A stretch of 54,991 nucleotides of DNA from Actinomycetota bacterium (GCA_009702245.1 WLIL01000001.1:1-54991), one strand, 5' to 3'; positions 27,601-36,466 are shown, counted from the stretch's first letter. Made by a program: numbers and translations. Notes: generated by a model not told the origin, from the letters alone.

Positions 27601-28647
27601 ATGAATAAAGAGCCAAACCTGCTTGATCAAATTTTTGCATTGAGAGATGAGCAAAACAAGGCTCGCAAGGCCGGTCGACTCATCGTGCGCGAAGAAGAAG
27701 CTACCTTGGAAACCAACCGACATTCCACAATGCGGTGGTATGTGCATCCTTCCTTCACAGATCTTGTTGACCACAACACACTCTTCTATCGATATGAGAT
27801 CCCGCCGATGAGCGCCACAGGTGTTCAACATCGTCAAGGAAACATGGTTTCTTACGTTCTCTCTGGGTACGGATACACAGAAGTAGATGGCGTACGGCAT
27901 CCCTGGGAAGCCGGAGATGTAATTGGGCTCCCACCTAGGGTCTTTGGACTCACGTATCGCCACGTCAATGAATCAAACGAAATTGCCAAACTTGTTACAG
28001 CTGAACCTAATCTTTATGAAGCTCTTGGAGTTGAGATGGGAGCCGGATACAACCAAGTTTCGGATGCTCCCCGAACTGGCGAGCTACCACCAGCACCAAA
28101 AAAGACAGCTACGCCTGCACCACCGGCCGGTACATCTCGGTCACGAGAAGGTGCGGAAATTATTACTGGACGCGACGATTACGAAAGATTTCTTGATAGA
28201 CACCATGAGCGAGCGTTCAGGGCGATTGACGGAGATATCGTCATCCGAGGCAAGTCACTCTCTATTCAACGCACTCGTCAGGCTGATTCGACTTGGTTCC
28301 TTAACTCGCAAACTGTCGGCGCACCAGATAATACGGCTGCCCTGCAGGATTGGGATGTGTTTATGCACCACATCCGTGAGCATACGGGTGAACACAGCCA
28401 CCAGGGAGGACTGCTTATTTATGTAGTCTCTGGAACTGGTTGGACAAACGTAGGGGATAGAAAAGTTGTGTGGAAGGCAGGAGACTTACTACTTCTGCCA
28501 ATAACAGAAGGCGGTATACCGCACCAGCACTTTAATGATGGTGACGTGGAAACAGCTCGGTGGATTGCATTCATCCACCGTCCAATGCAAGATGCCTTGG
28601 GATCAGTTATCTCTCTCCTTATGGATCTGCAGGAACACAGTCATTAA
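27601..28647 (+). CDS. bicupin protein (gentisate/aromatic ring dioxygenase-like fold, function unassigned)
   Basis: 348 aa with two cupin barrels joined by the Pro-rich linker ELPPAPKKTATPAPPAGTS. The C-terminal barrel has EHSHQGG ... PITEGGIPHQHFN (full His set). The N-terminal barrel has only QHRQGN ... YRHVN. Confidence 0.7.
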   Translation: MNKEPNLLDQIFALRDEQNKARKAGRLIVREEEATLETNRHSTMRWYVHPSFTDLVDHNTLFYRYEIPPMSATGVQHRQGNMVSYVLSGYGYTEVDGVRHPWEAGDVIGLPPRVFGLTYRHVNESNEIAKLVTAEPNLYEALGVEMGAGYNQVSDAPRTGELPPAPKKTATPAPPAGTSRSREGAEIITGRDDYERFLDRHHERAFRAIDGDIVIRGKSLSIQRTRQADSTWFLNSQTVGAPDNTAALQDWDVFMHHIREHTGEHSHQGGLLIYVVSGTGWTNVGDRKVVWKAGDLLLLPITEGGIPHQHFNDGDVETARWIAFIHRPMQDALGSVISLLMDLQEHSH

Positions 28648-28671
28648 TTACAAGAACACAGTTATTAATTA
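28633..28671 (+). repeat. 21-nt tandem duplication spanning the bicupin stop codon
   Basis: gaacacagtcattaatta (28633-28650) and gaacacagttattaatta (28654-28671) match at 17 of 18 positions with a 21-nt period. The TAA stop is at 28645-28647. Confidence 0.8.
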
Positions 28672-28687
28672 AATATCTTAAATCTCA

Positions 28688-28703
28688 AACTGAGGCTTCA
28701 GTT
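28688..28703 (+). terminator. weak hairpin downstream of the bicupin gene
   Basis: aactga-ggct-tcagtt gives a 6-bp stem with no U-tract. Confidence 0.2.
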
Positions 28704-28819
28704 GTATTAATGCCGCTAAGAAAGGTGAGTAGCACTGCTGCAAAAAAAGAAGTGGCATCGCGTAGGCTTAATTGAACAAAAGCACTCGTGAGGCCTTCTT
28801 TCTTCGGATGCCTGCACAG

Positions 28820-28825
28820 TAAGAT
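28820..28825 (+). promoter_or_regulatory. -10 element (TAAGAT) positioned for a leaderless lactate dehydrogenase transcript
   Basis: The TANNNT hexamer ends 6 nt before GTG 28832. There is no Shine-Dalgarno sequence in between. Confidence 0.35.
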
Positions 28826-28831
28826 AGCGAG

Positions 28832-30046
28832 GTGAAAAGAAGCTTTCCCACCATCAACCATTTTCGAATTTTTCTTCATCTACCGAAGATTTCATTCGAT
28901 CGTCGGGCTAAGCGCCTCAAAACGGCACTCACAATTTGGGATTTAAGAGTCCAGGCAAAGAAACGTACTCCACGAGGCCCTTTTGATTATGTAGATGGAT
29001 CCGCGGAAAGCGAAGCTTCACTTGCACGTGCACGCAATATCTTTTCAAATATCGAATTCCAACCATCGGTACTGAGGGACGTCTCATCGGCCTCCACGAG
29101 AACCACATCGCTAGGCCACACATTCGACCTACCATTTGGCTTTGCGCCCACGGGTTTTACCCGAATGATGCACGCAGCCGGAGAAGTCGCAGTGGCCCAA
29201 GTCGCTGCAGAATTTAACATCCCCTACGTACTCTCAACCCTCGGCACTACATCCATCGAGAACGTAGTAGCTGGGGCCCCCAAGGGAACCAACTGGTTCC
29301 AGCTCTACATGCTCAAGGACATGGCACGAAATCTCGAGACAATCGATAGAGCCAAAGCCGCAGGCGTCGATACTTTGGTTCTCACAGTCGATGTCCCAGT
29401 CTCAGGTCTTCGACTCCGAGATGCTCGCAACGGATTGACCATTCCACCATCATTAACCTTCCGCTCGCTAATTGATTTCTGCAAGAAACCTGGCTGGCTG
29501 GCGAACTATCTCACCACTCCTCCACTCGAATTCGCCGCCATGTCCTCCTGGAATGGCACTGTGGCCGAGATGCTTGATGCGCTCTTCAATCCTTCAGTCA
29601 CATTTGAAGATCTCGAGTGGATTCGTGAACGCTGGGGTGGATCACTCGTAATAAAAGGTATTCAGACACCTGAAGACGCAATTAAGTGCGTAGAACTCGG
29701 GGCTAACGCGATAATTCTTTCTAATCACGGTGGACGCCAAATGGATCGCGCTGTTCCACCGCTGGCGCAACTTCAAGAAGTCGTCGAACTGGTGGCTGGA
29801 CGCGCAGAAGTTCACCTAGATACCGGCATCACCCACGGCGGCGATATTGCAGCTGCGCTTGCTTTGGGGGCAGACTTCGTCTGGGTCGGTCGCTCCTACT
29901 TATATGGCCTCATGGCCGGTGGTCAAGGCGGCGTCAAACGAGCCGTCGAGATACTCAGCCAAGAACTTGTACGCACCATGAAGCTCTTGGGCGTGACAAC
30001 AATCGAGGAGTTAGATAAACGACATATCAAAATGCCTTCATGCTAA
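28832..30046 (+). CDS. lldD: FMN-dependent alpha-hydroxy-acid dehydrogenase (LldD2-type L-lactate dehydrogenase)
   Basis: 404 aa with a GTG start. The N-terminal extension ...FDRRAKRLKTALTIWDLRVQAKKRTPRGPFDYVDG is as in mycobacterial LldD2-type enzymes. It also has LSNHGGRQ and a GADFVWVGRSYLYGL C-terminal region. Confidence 0.85.
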   Translation: MKRSFPTINHFRIFLHLPKISFDRRAKRLKTALTIWDLRVQAKKRTPRGPFDYVDGSAESEASLARARNIFSNIEFQPSVLRDVSSASTRTTSLGHTFDLPFGFAPTGFTRMMHAAGEVAVAQVAAEFNIPYVLSTLGTTSIENVVAGAPKGTNWFQLYMLKDMARNLETIDRAKAAGVDTLVLTVDVPVSGLRLRDARNGLTIPPSLTFRSLIDFCKKPGWLANYLTTPPLEFAAMSSWNGTVAEMLDALFNPSVTFEDLEWIRERWGGSLVIKGIQTPEDAIKCVELGANAIILSNHGGRQMDRAVPPLAQLQEVVELVAGRAEVHLDTGITHGGDIAAALALGADFVWVGRSYLYGLMAGGQGGVKRAVEILSQELVRTMKLLGVTTIEELDKRHIKMPSC

Positions 30047-30097
30047 CTTGTGAGCAATTGCGAAGGCGGACACTACTCAGCTCTTGCTCCAAGAATT

Positions 30098-31507
30098 ATG
30101 AAGGAGCCTGACGTGGATCTAAAGTCACGAATAGAGATTACCGCCGCTCAGCTAGACGATCTTCGGCGGCTGTCTTCGGGTGAAATCTCAACTAATGATT
30201 CGGTATTAGATCAGCATGGCCGTGACGAATCTGCATTTCCACCCGTGAAACCATCAGCAGTTGTCACGCCGCATTCAACTGAAGACGTTTCAAAAATCCT
30301 CGCTTACTGCAACACGAATCGCATTCCGGTCGTAGCGTTTGGAGCCGGATCCTCTTTGGAAGGTCATGTGCTTCCCATCTATGGCGGTATAAGTCTTGAC
30401 ATGACTCATATGAATGAAATCTTAGAAGTTCGATCCGAGGATTTATTGGTCAGAGTCCAACCAGGTGTTCATCGAATGGCACTCAACGAAAATCTAAATA
30501 AAGTGGGCCTTTTCTTCTCAGTCGACCCAGGTGCCGATGCCACCTTGGGAGGCATGGCCGCCACAGGGGCAGCAGGAACTACCACCGTGCGCTACGGATC
30601 CATGCGTGAGAATGTCTTAGCGCTCGAGGCAGTTCTTGCTGATGGAACAATCATTAAAGTGGGGCGAGAAACACGCAAACTTTCTGCTGGTTACGATCTC
30701 ACTAGATTACTTGTCGGTTCAGAGGGAACGCTTGCTGTCATCACTGAGCTCACACTAAGGGTCCACGGAATACCGGAGAAGATGGCAGCCGCTACCGTAA
30801 TTTTTCCTAGCCTTGCTCAAGGGGTAGAGGCAGCCACCACAATAGTTCGTTCCGGAGTAGCCATTGCGAGATGTGAATTTCTCGATGCAATCTGCATAAA
30901 GAATGTAAACGCCCGCGATGGATTGAGCCTGAGCGAAGCCCCTACGCTGCTCTTTGAATTTCATGGCAGTAAACAAGGTGTTGCAGAGGACGCCCAAATT
31001 GTGGGTGAAATTGTGAGCGACTTTGGTGGGTCAGAATTTAGCTGGAGCACCGAAGAAGGAGCTAGGCGTAAATTATGGCAAGCGCGACACAATGCTTACT
31101 GGGCCAGTTTAGTTGCACATCCTGGGCAACGGATCGTGACCACAGATACTGCTGTCCCCTTGTCTCGGTTAGCAGAGGCGGTAGCTGTCGCTGAAGAAAT
31201 TTTTGGATCATCAAGATTTCCATACTCCATCTTGGGCCACGTGGCAGATGGCAACTTTCATTGTTTCGTGATGGTGGATCCCAATGACCCTCAACAGCTC
31301 GATGAAGTTAGAGAGCTCACGCACCAACTTACCAATCGAGTTCTTGCTATGGGAGGAACGTGCACGGGTGAGCACGGCATCGGATTGGGAAAGATTGATG
31401 ATCTTGTGAACGAGACTGGCAAGGCAGGTGTGGAAGTGATGCGCAGCATCAAAGCCACCTTAGATCCGAATAATATTTTGAATCCAGGCAAAATCTTTCA
31501 TAAATAG
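30098..31507 (+). CDS. FAD-linked oxidase (D-lactate dehydrogenase / glycolate oxidase GlcD-like)
   Basis: ORF 30050..31507. In-frame candidate starts are ATG 30098 and GTG 30113, the latter 6 nt after GGAG. It has an FAD_binding_4-type N-terminal domain (VVAFGAGSSLEGH) and a C-terminal GGTCTGEHGIGLGK. Confidence 0.85.
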   Translation: MKEPDVDLKSRIEITAAQLDDLRRLSSGEISTNDSVLDQHGRDESAFPPVKPSAVVTPHSTEDVSKILAYCNTNRIPVVAFGAGSSLEGHVLPIYGGISLDMTHMNEILEVRSEDLLVRVQPGVHRMALNENLNKVGLFFSVDPGADATLGGMAATGAAGTTTVRYGSMRENVLALEAVLADGTIIKVGRETRKLSAGYDLTRLLVGSEGTLAVITELTLRVHGIPEKMAAATVIFPSLAQGVEAATTIVRSGVAIARCEFLDAICIKNVNARDGLSLSEAPTLLFEFHGSKQGVAEDAQIVGEIVSDFGGSEFSWSTEEGARRKLWQARHNAYWASLVAHPGQRIVTTDTAVPLSRLAEAVAVAEEIFGSSRFPYSILGHVADGNFHCFVMVDPNDPQQLDEVRELTHQLTNRVLAMGGTCTGEHGIGLGKIDDLVNETGKAGVEVMRSIKATLDPNNILNPGKIFHK

Positions 31508-31522
31508 GGCTCTCCTCATCAC

Positions 31523-32305
31523 TCAGGTACTTTTCACCCACTCGCCATAGACATTCACCATATCGCCGATCCCAAAGCCGGCATTCCAGAGTCGATCGAT
31601 ATCTGCATGCAACATCCGCACGCACCCGTGTGACGCAGGATAGGAAAACACGAGTGCATCAGTGGCCGAACCATGAATGGCCATGCCGCGGTGGAAGAAC
31701 TTGGGGCGGTACATCATCGCTTCTGGATAGAGGGTCGACTCGTACCATCGAGCTACTTCCCACTCGACTTTCCATACGCCCACACTGGTGGAGAGGTATC
31801 CAGGGATGCCGCTGGAGACCGGAAATACGCCCAACACCACATTTCCTGGAGTCACCCACGTGGCCGTTTGGCAAGTGATATTGACATTAAGCCCCACAAA
31901 TTGATTTGTAGCAGGTGTCAGCACCTTTGTGGCAACAATTTGGCTCGCTTCGAGTTCACTCGGCATTATTCGCGTCGATTCCCCGTAAGTTAATTCGCGC
32001 CAGGCGCAGAGAGCACGTTGCGTCTTCTCGTCATAGACGCCATCTACTTTCCCAACAGGCAACCCCAGCGCATCGAGCGCATCTTCAACATACATTTTGC
32101 TGGGAATCGGATTCGTGAGCGGGAGTTCAATCTTTGGAGCCAGAGTCATCGCCGGCGTTGGAGATGGAGATGCAACGACACGTGGTGGCGTGACCGAATT
32201 CGAGCGAGTAGAGAAGAACACCACCGAGACTCCAACAATAACGATGGCGAATGCAGCACCTAAGATGACAGAAAAACCAATAAAGAGTCTACGAAGTGGT
32301 GACAT
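31523..32305 (-). CDS. L,D-transpeptidase (YkuD domain) with a peptidoglycan-binding domain
   Basis: 260 aa. It has an N-terminal membrane anchor, a PG_binding_1-like segment (LGLPVGKVDGVYDEKTQRALCAW) and the YkuD catalytic motif HGS...SHGCVRM. Its start overlaps the ADH stop (TAATG). Confidence 0.85.
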   Translation of the reverse strand: MSPLRRLFIGFSVILGAAFAIVIVGVSVVFFSTRSNSVTPPRVVASPSPTPAMTLAPKIELPLTNPIPSKMYVEDALDALGLPVGKVDGVYDEKTQRALCAWRELTYGESTRIMPSELEASQIVATKVLTPATNQFVGLNVNITCQTATWVTPGNVVLGVFPVSSGIPGYLSTSVGVWKVEWEVARWYESTLYPEAMMYRPKFFHRGMAIHGSATDALVFSYPASHGCVRMLHADIDRLWNAGFGIGDMVNVYGEWVKST

Positions 32306-33288
32306 TAAGGATGCATCAAAACCGTGCGATAAACATCAAGCGGATTACGGTTAGTTTCAATAATCACTCCTTCGAGGTCTGCAATGGGGCGGCGATGGGA
32401 GACCAACTCCCCCACCGGAATAACACCAGAAGAAACCAATTCGACTGCCTCTGCGTAACGACCGCCACCACCATGAATCCCAATGAGAGATTGGTCTTTG
32501 AGTAGCAGATCTGCAATGCGAAGTGAATGCGATGAAGCACCAATTGAAGCAAATACCCCTCCGAATCCCATCCATTCGATAGCAAGTTGTGCTCCGGGGA
32601 TCGAGGAAGAAGTTTCGACGGCAACTGCTCGTGCACCAGTCGGTGAATGTGCGGGAGTTATCTCCGCTGGCGATATGCAGGTGATCCCCCAAGAGCGAAC
32701 TTTTTCCCGTCGCGATTCCACAGTTTCCACCACAGTTACTTGGTATCCATCTAATGCAAGAACTCGGGCCGCCACGATTCCGATAGGACCTCCACCCACC
32801 ACCAGCACGGGAGAATCACTCGTCACAACTGTCTTGAGCCTCTCGCGTAAATGAAGTGCTACACATACGGGTTCGAGAACAGTTCCTGCCTCATCGCTGA
32901 GTTCATCCGGAATCGGGATGGCATTTTCTTTCGGAACCGTGAGGAATGCTGCAAAAGTTCCAGGAGCAGTCATTCCAAGAAATCTATATTCTGCGCAGGC
33001 ATTTCTTCTCCCAGATAAGCAGTACGCACACGTGCGACAACTGATTGCTGGATCTAGCACCACACGTTGACCAGTACCGACTACTTCCCCGACTGCGTCA
33101 TGGCCAAGGACTACGGGCATGAAGCCCCAATCAGATTCATAAAGATGAAGGTCAGTGCCACAGACACCCGTGGCTCGTATCTTGACGAGTAACTCGCCAT
33201 CCTGCGGAGTGGGGATATCCAGGTCAGTGATTTCAATAGTACGAAGCTCAGTTAAGGTCGGGGTTCTTCCACCAGCCACGCTTGCCAT
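32305..33288 (-). CDS. zinc-dependent alcohol dehydrogenase (MDR; threonine/sorbitol DH-like)
   Basis: 327 aa. GHDAVGEV, structural-Zn CRTCAYCLSGRRNAC and a Rossmann segment VVGGGPIG. Confidence 0.85.
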   Translation of the reverse strand: MASVAGGRTPTLTELRTIEITDLDIPTPQDGELLVKIRATGVCGTDLHLYESDWGFMPVVLGHDAVGEVVGTGQRVVLDPAISCRTCAYCLSGRRNACAEYRFLGMTAPGTFAAFLTVPKENAIPIPDELSDEAGTVLEPVCVALHLRERLKTVVTSDSPVLVVGGGPIGIVAARVLALDGYQVTVVETVESRREKVRSWGITCISPAEITPAHSPTGARAVAVETSSSIPGAQLAIEWMGFGGVFASIGASSHSLRIADLLLKDQSLIGIHGGGGRYAEAVELVSSGVIPVGELVSHRRPIADLEGVIIETNRNPLDVYRTVLMHP

Positions 33289-33304
33289 AGGGAGAGTCTA
33301 GGGC

Positions 33305-34393
33305 TTAGTAAACGGGCCTCATTTGCCCCACCATGGGGCAGACAAATGGGTCAGAATTCTTGCTCAGCCCAACCTCATTGAGATGGCGCATTACGACCAT
33401 ATAACTTGAGATGAGATTCATTTCGACTAGAGGAACGCCGCGCTCTGCACAGAACTCCACCACGATCTTATGAGCTTTCGCCAAGTGTGGACGCGCCATG
33501 GAGGGGAAGAGGTGGTGTTCTACCTGACGGTTAAGCCCGCCCATGAGATTGTCCGTCAGCCAACTCCCACGGATATTGCGGCTAGTGAGTACCTGACGTT
33601 GGAAGAAATCAATCTTGGAATCTCGCTCGATAAGAGGCATCCCTTTGTGATTAGGTGCAAAGGCAGCGCCCATAAAGAACCCAAACATCATCATCATGAA
33701 AACCCACAACGCCATTGCCCAGAGCCAACCAAACATCAGAGCCATCGCAATATATGGAACCGTTTGGCGTACAAGCATGAGACCAAATTCAAGGAATCGA
33801 ATTCCCAACTTGCGATCCTTGCGACCTAGGCCGATAAAACTATCCGCGAGGAGATCAAAGCCTGTGAAGAGCAGGAGCAAAGGAAAGAGGTAACCCTGAC
33901 GATCACTCAGCCAGCGCTCCAGACCCTTTTTCTCATTGCGAGATTCCACAGTAAAACTGAGGACACGAATATTGATGTCCGGATCCTCGCCGATAAAGTT
34001 AGGTTTCTGATGATGCTTATTGTGCTTGCGTAACCAAAACCCATAACTGAGCCCAGCAAAGAGATTAGCCAAGATGAGGCCCACCCAGTCATTAGCTTTA
34101 TTATTTCGAAAGATCTGACGGTGCGCAGCCTCGTGTGCGATGAACCCATACTGCGCGCTCAGCACGCCAAGCAGTCCGGCCATCAAAAAACCTAAAAGGA
34201 TCCAAGCACTATTGCTATTGGTGAAGAAACTGAGGAAACCTCCCCCCACCCAGAGCCCAGATGCAACGACAGAGAAAATGATGAGTCGAATGACGTAAAA
34301 GGAGGGCTTCTTCTTGAGGAGCCCAGCATCCATTACACGAGCCAAGATTTCACTGAAGACCGTAGGCGCTGTGCGATGGGCGAGAATCGTCAT
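33305..34393 (-). CDS. membrane fatty-acid desaturase, front-end / DesA3-like (QxxHH third histidine box)
   Basis: 362 aa. The histidine boxes are HEAAH, HNKHH and QVEHHLFP, with four or more hydrophobic segments. A TAGACT -10 element (34400-34405) lies 6 nt upstream of ATG 34393. Confidence 0.85.
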   Translation of the reverse strand: MTILAHRTAPTVFSEILARVMDAGLLKKKPSFYVIRLIIFSVVASGLWVGGGFLSFFTNSNSAWILLGFLMAGLLGVLSAQYGFIAHEAAHRQIFRNNKANDWVGLILANLFAGLSYGFWLRKHNKHHQKPNFIGEDPDINIRVLSFTVESRNEKKGLERWLSDRQGYLFPLLLLFTGFDLLADSFIGLGRKDRKLGIRFLEFGLMLVRQTVPYIAMALMFGWLWAMALWVFMMMMFGFFMGAAFAPNHKGMPLIERDSKIDFFQRQVLTSRNIRGSWLTDNLMGGLNRQVEHHLFPSMARPHLAKAHKIVVEFCAERGVPLVEMNLISSYMVVMRHLNEVGLSKNSDPFVCPMVGQMRPVY

Positions 34394-36466
34394 GCGCCCA
34401 GTCTAGTCGGGATCACCCCTGCCCACCTGGCGAGACGCAGACGCCTTCCCCGGTCTTCTAAAGTGCCCACAGAAAGCTCGGTGACCCCATTATTTGAGTC
34501 TGAAGGGGGAAAGAGCCGTAGAATCAACTCATTGTTTAACGACTGGTCGAGGGAGTTTTTTACATTGGCATCTCATCCAAATAAGCCGAATGCGATTCGA
34601 GAAGGCTTAGACAGAATTATCGCAAAAGGAAGCCTCTCGTTTGTCTTCCTCATTTTTCTTGTTGGGTTAGTGGTCAACTTCGTCGTCGCCGCCATCACCG
34701 CACTTGTGGAATTGGAACCTAAAGAAAACTATTTAAGCAAGCTCGCGAACGAAATGTGGATAAATGTAAATTTCACTTTCCTCGGGGGCAGCGGACCGGA
34801 CCATTTCTGGGCTCGAGTGTTTATACCGATCACTGCAATTCTTACAATTGGTGTCACCGCAATCATCTTTGCTTACACGACTAACAAACTTTCTGATTAT
34901 TTGACAGAGCTGCGAAAAGGAAAATCGCCAATCACTTTTGTTGATCATACGTTAATTCTTGGATGGTCAAATCGTATCTACTCAGTTATCAGAGAGTTAG
35001 ACACCGCCAATCAGAACCAAAAGAATCCAGTAATTGTGGTCTTCAGCAATATGGATCGAGGTGAGATGGAAACCTTGCTCAAAGCAAATCTTGGTGATGT
35101 GAAGCATACAAAAATTATCACGCGTGAAGGTGATCCCACCAATATCAATGAGCTCACAAGAGCGAATGCGCCTGGTTCTAAATCCATCATCATTCTCGAC
35201 GCCTCGAGCGATAGCGATGCCACGGTTATTTCTACGATTCTGGCAATTCAAGCGATAGATAATTCATCGCTAGTGCCGATAGTCGCCGAAATGGATAGCG
35301 ATCTCTATTCGGAGGCACTAGAAGAGAGCCTCGAAAGAAGCATCTCGATCGTGAGATCGAATCAACTCATCACTCGAATCACAGCGCAAAGTACAAGAGC
35401 AGCTGGCCTCACCCCTGTTTTGCTCGATCTCTTGGACTTCGATGGTGATGAGATTTATTTTGGATTGGCTACCGAGTTAATTGGTCATACCTACGGAGAT
35501 TCTCTTACAGCATTTGAAGAGGCGGCCATTATCGGGCTGCGAAATAGCGAGGGCATAATTTTTGTAAATCCTCCAGGAGACACAGTAATTGGCGAGGGTG
35601 ATCACGTAATTGCAATCGCAAAAGATGATGATCGCATCATCTTTGCCGGACTTGCACCAGAATTAGACTCAATCAAAAATCAATCGCGCGAATTGGAAGC
35701 ACATACATATCGCGAGCCAGAACGTATTTTGGTCCTTGGCTGGTCACAAATGGGTCACAACGTGATTAGTGAAATGTTGCCATTCCTTCCTCCCAACTCT
35801 ACGTTGCAAGTAATTGCGGACTCAAGAATTGCAGACATCTCTGGACTCACTGGTGACCCTTTCCCCGGGCTAGCAGTCACCTATACCGAAGCACCTACAA
35901 CTGTTGGGCAGCTTGCCGATTCGGTGAGTGGGACAAGGTACGACGAAGTGATGATTTTGGCTTACCGAGAGGGAGTTTCAGCCCACGACGCAGACTCACG
36001 GACGCTTGCCACCATCCTCGTGATGAATCGCCTATTCTCTGTAGAAAATAACGGAGTAGAGCCAACTCGATTGATTGCCGAATTACTGGACTCCAAGAAT
36101 CTTCCGCTCGCAAAAGTGGCTTCAGCTGATGATCTTGTGATGAGCGATAATTTGGCGGCGCTCCTCATCGCGCAGTTATCAGAGAATGCCGATCTCAAAC
36201 CGATATTTGATGATCTCTTTGATATCCAAGGTGCAACGATAAATATTTATCCGATAGAGCGGTATGTCCCTATGGGCCAGGGCATTTCCTTCCAGGAATT
36301 AGTCGCGCACGCACACTCCTTTGGAGAGTCAGCGATTGGCTACCGAATAGATCTGGACCATCGGGAGGACGCCCAAGCGGGCGTTCGCCTTAATCCCTCT
36401 AAATCCATTCGATTTACGCCAGCGGCTGGTGACGGACTCATTGTTGTCGGTCCCGCAACCGTGTAG
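34376..36466 (+). CDS. CASTOR/POLLUX-like 2-TM cation channel with tandem RCK-like domains
   Basis: It has two hydrophobic helices flanking a pore-like segment (EMWINVNFTFLGGSGPDHFW). Two repeats begin HTLILGWSNR and RILVLGWSQM, as in CASTOR/POLLUX/DMI1-type proteins. The start is uncertain: ATG 34376 overlaps the divergent desaturase start, and in-frame GTG codons occur at 34462 and 34481. Confidence 0.7.
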   Translation: MGENRHAPSLVGITPAHLARRRRLPRSSKVPTESSVTPLFESEGGKSRRINSLFNDWSREFFTLASHPNKPNAIREGLDRIIAKGSLSFVFLIFLVGLVVNFVVAAITALVELEPKENYLSKLANEMWINVNFTFLGGSGPDHFWARVFIPITAILTIGVTAIIFAYTTNKLSDYLTELRKGKSPITFVDHTLILGWSNRIYSVIRELDTANQNQKNPVIVVFSNMDRGEMETLLKANLGDVKHTKIITREGDPTNINELTRANAPGSKSIIILDASSDSDATVISTILAIQAIDNSSLVPIVAEMDSDLYSEALEESLERSISIVRSNQLITRITAQSTRAAGLTPVLLDLLDFDGDEIYFGLATELIGHTYGDSLTAFEEAAIIGLRNSEGIIFVNPPGDTVIGEGDHVIAIAKDDDRIIFAGLAPELDSIKNQSRELEAHTYREPERILVLGWSQMGHNVISEMLPFLPPNSTLQVIADSRIADISGLTGDPFPGLAVTYTEAPTTVGQLADSVSGTRYDEVMILAYREGVSAHDADSRTLATILVMNRLFSVENNGVEPTRLIAELLDSKNLPLAKVASADDLVMSDNLAALLIAQLSENADLKPIFDDLFDIQGATINIYPIERYVPMGQGISFQELVAHAHSFGESAIGYRIDLDHREDAQAGVRLNPSKSIRFTPAAGDGLIVVGPATV

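Noticed and set aside
27553-28426. Alternative ORFs overlapping the bicupin gene: 136 aa on the minus strand (27553-27963) and 167 aa in an alternative plus-strand frame (27923-28426).
   Set aside because: The bicupin frame gives two well-formed cupin motifs and is preceded by a promoter-like element. The alternatives have no motifs or ribosome-binding sites.
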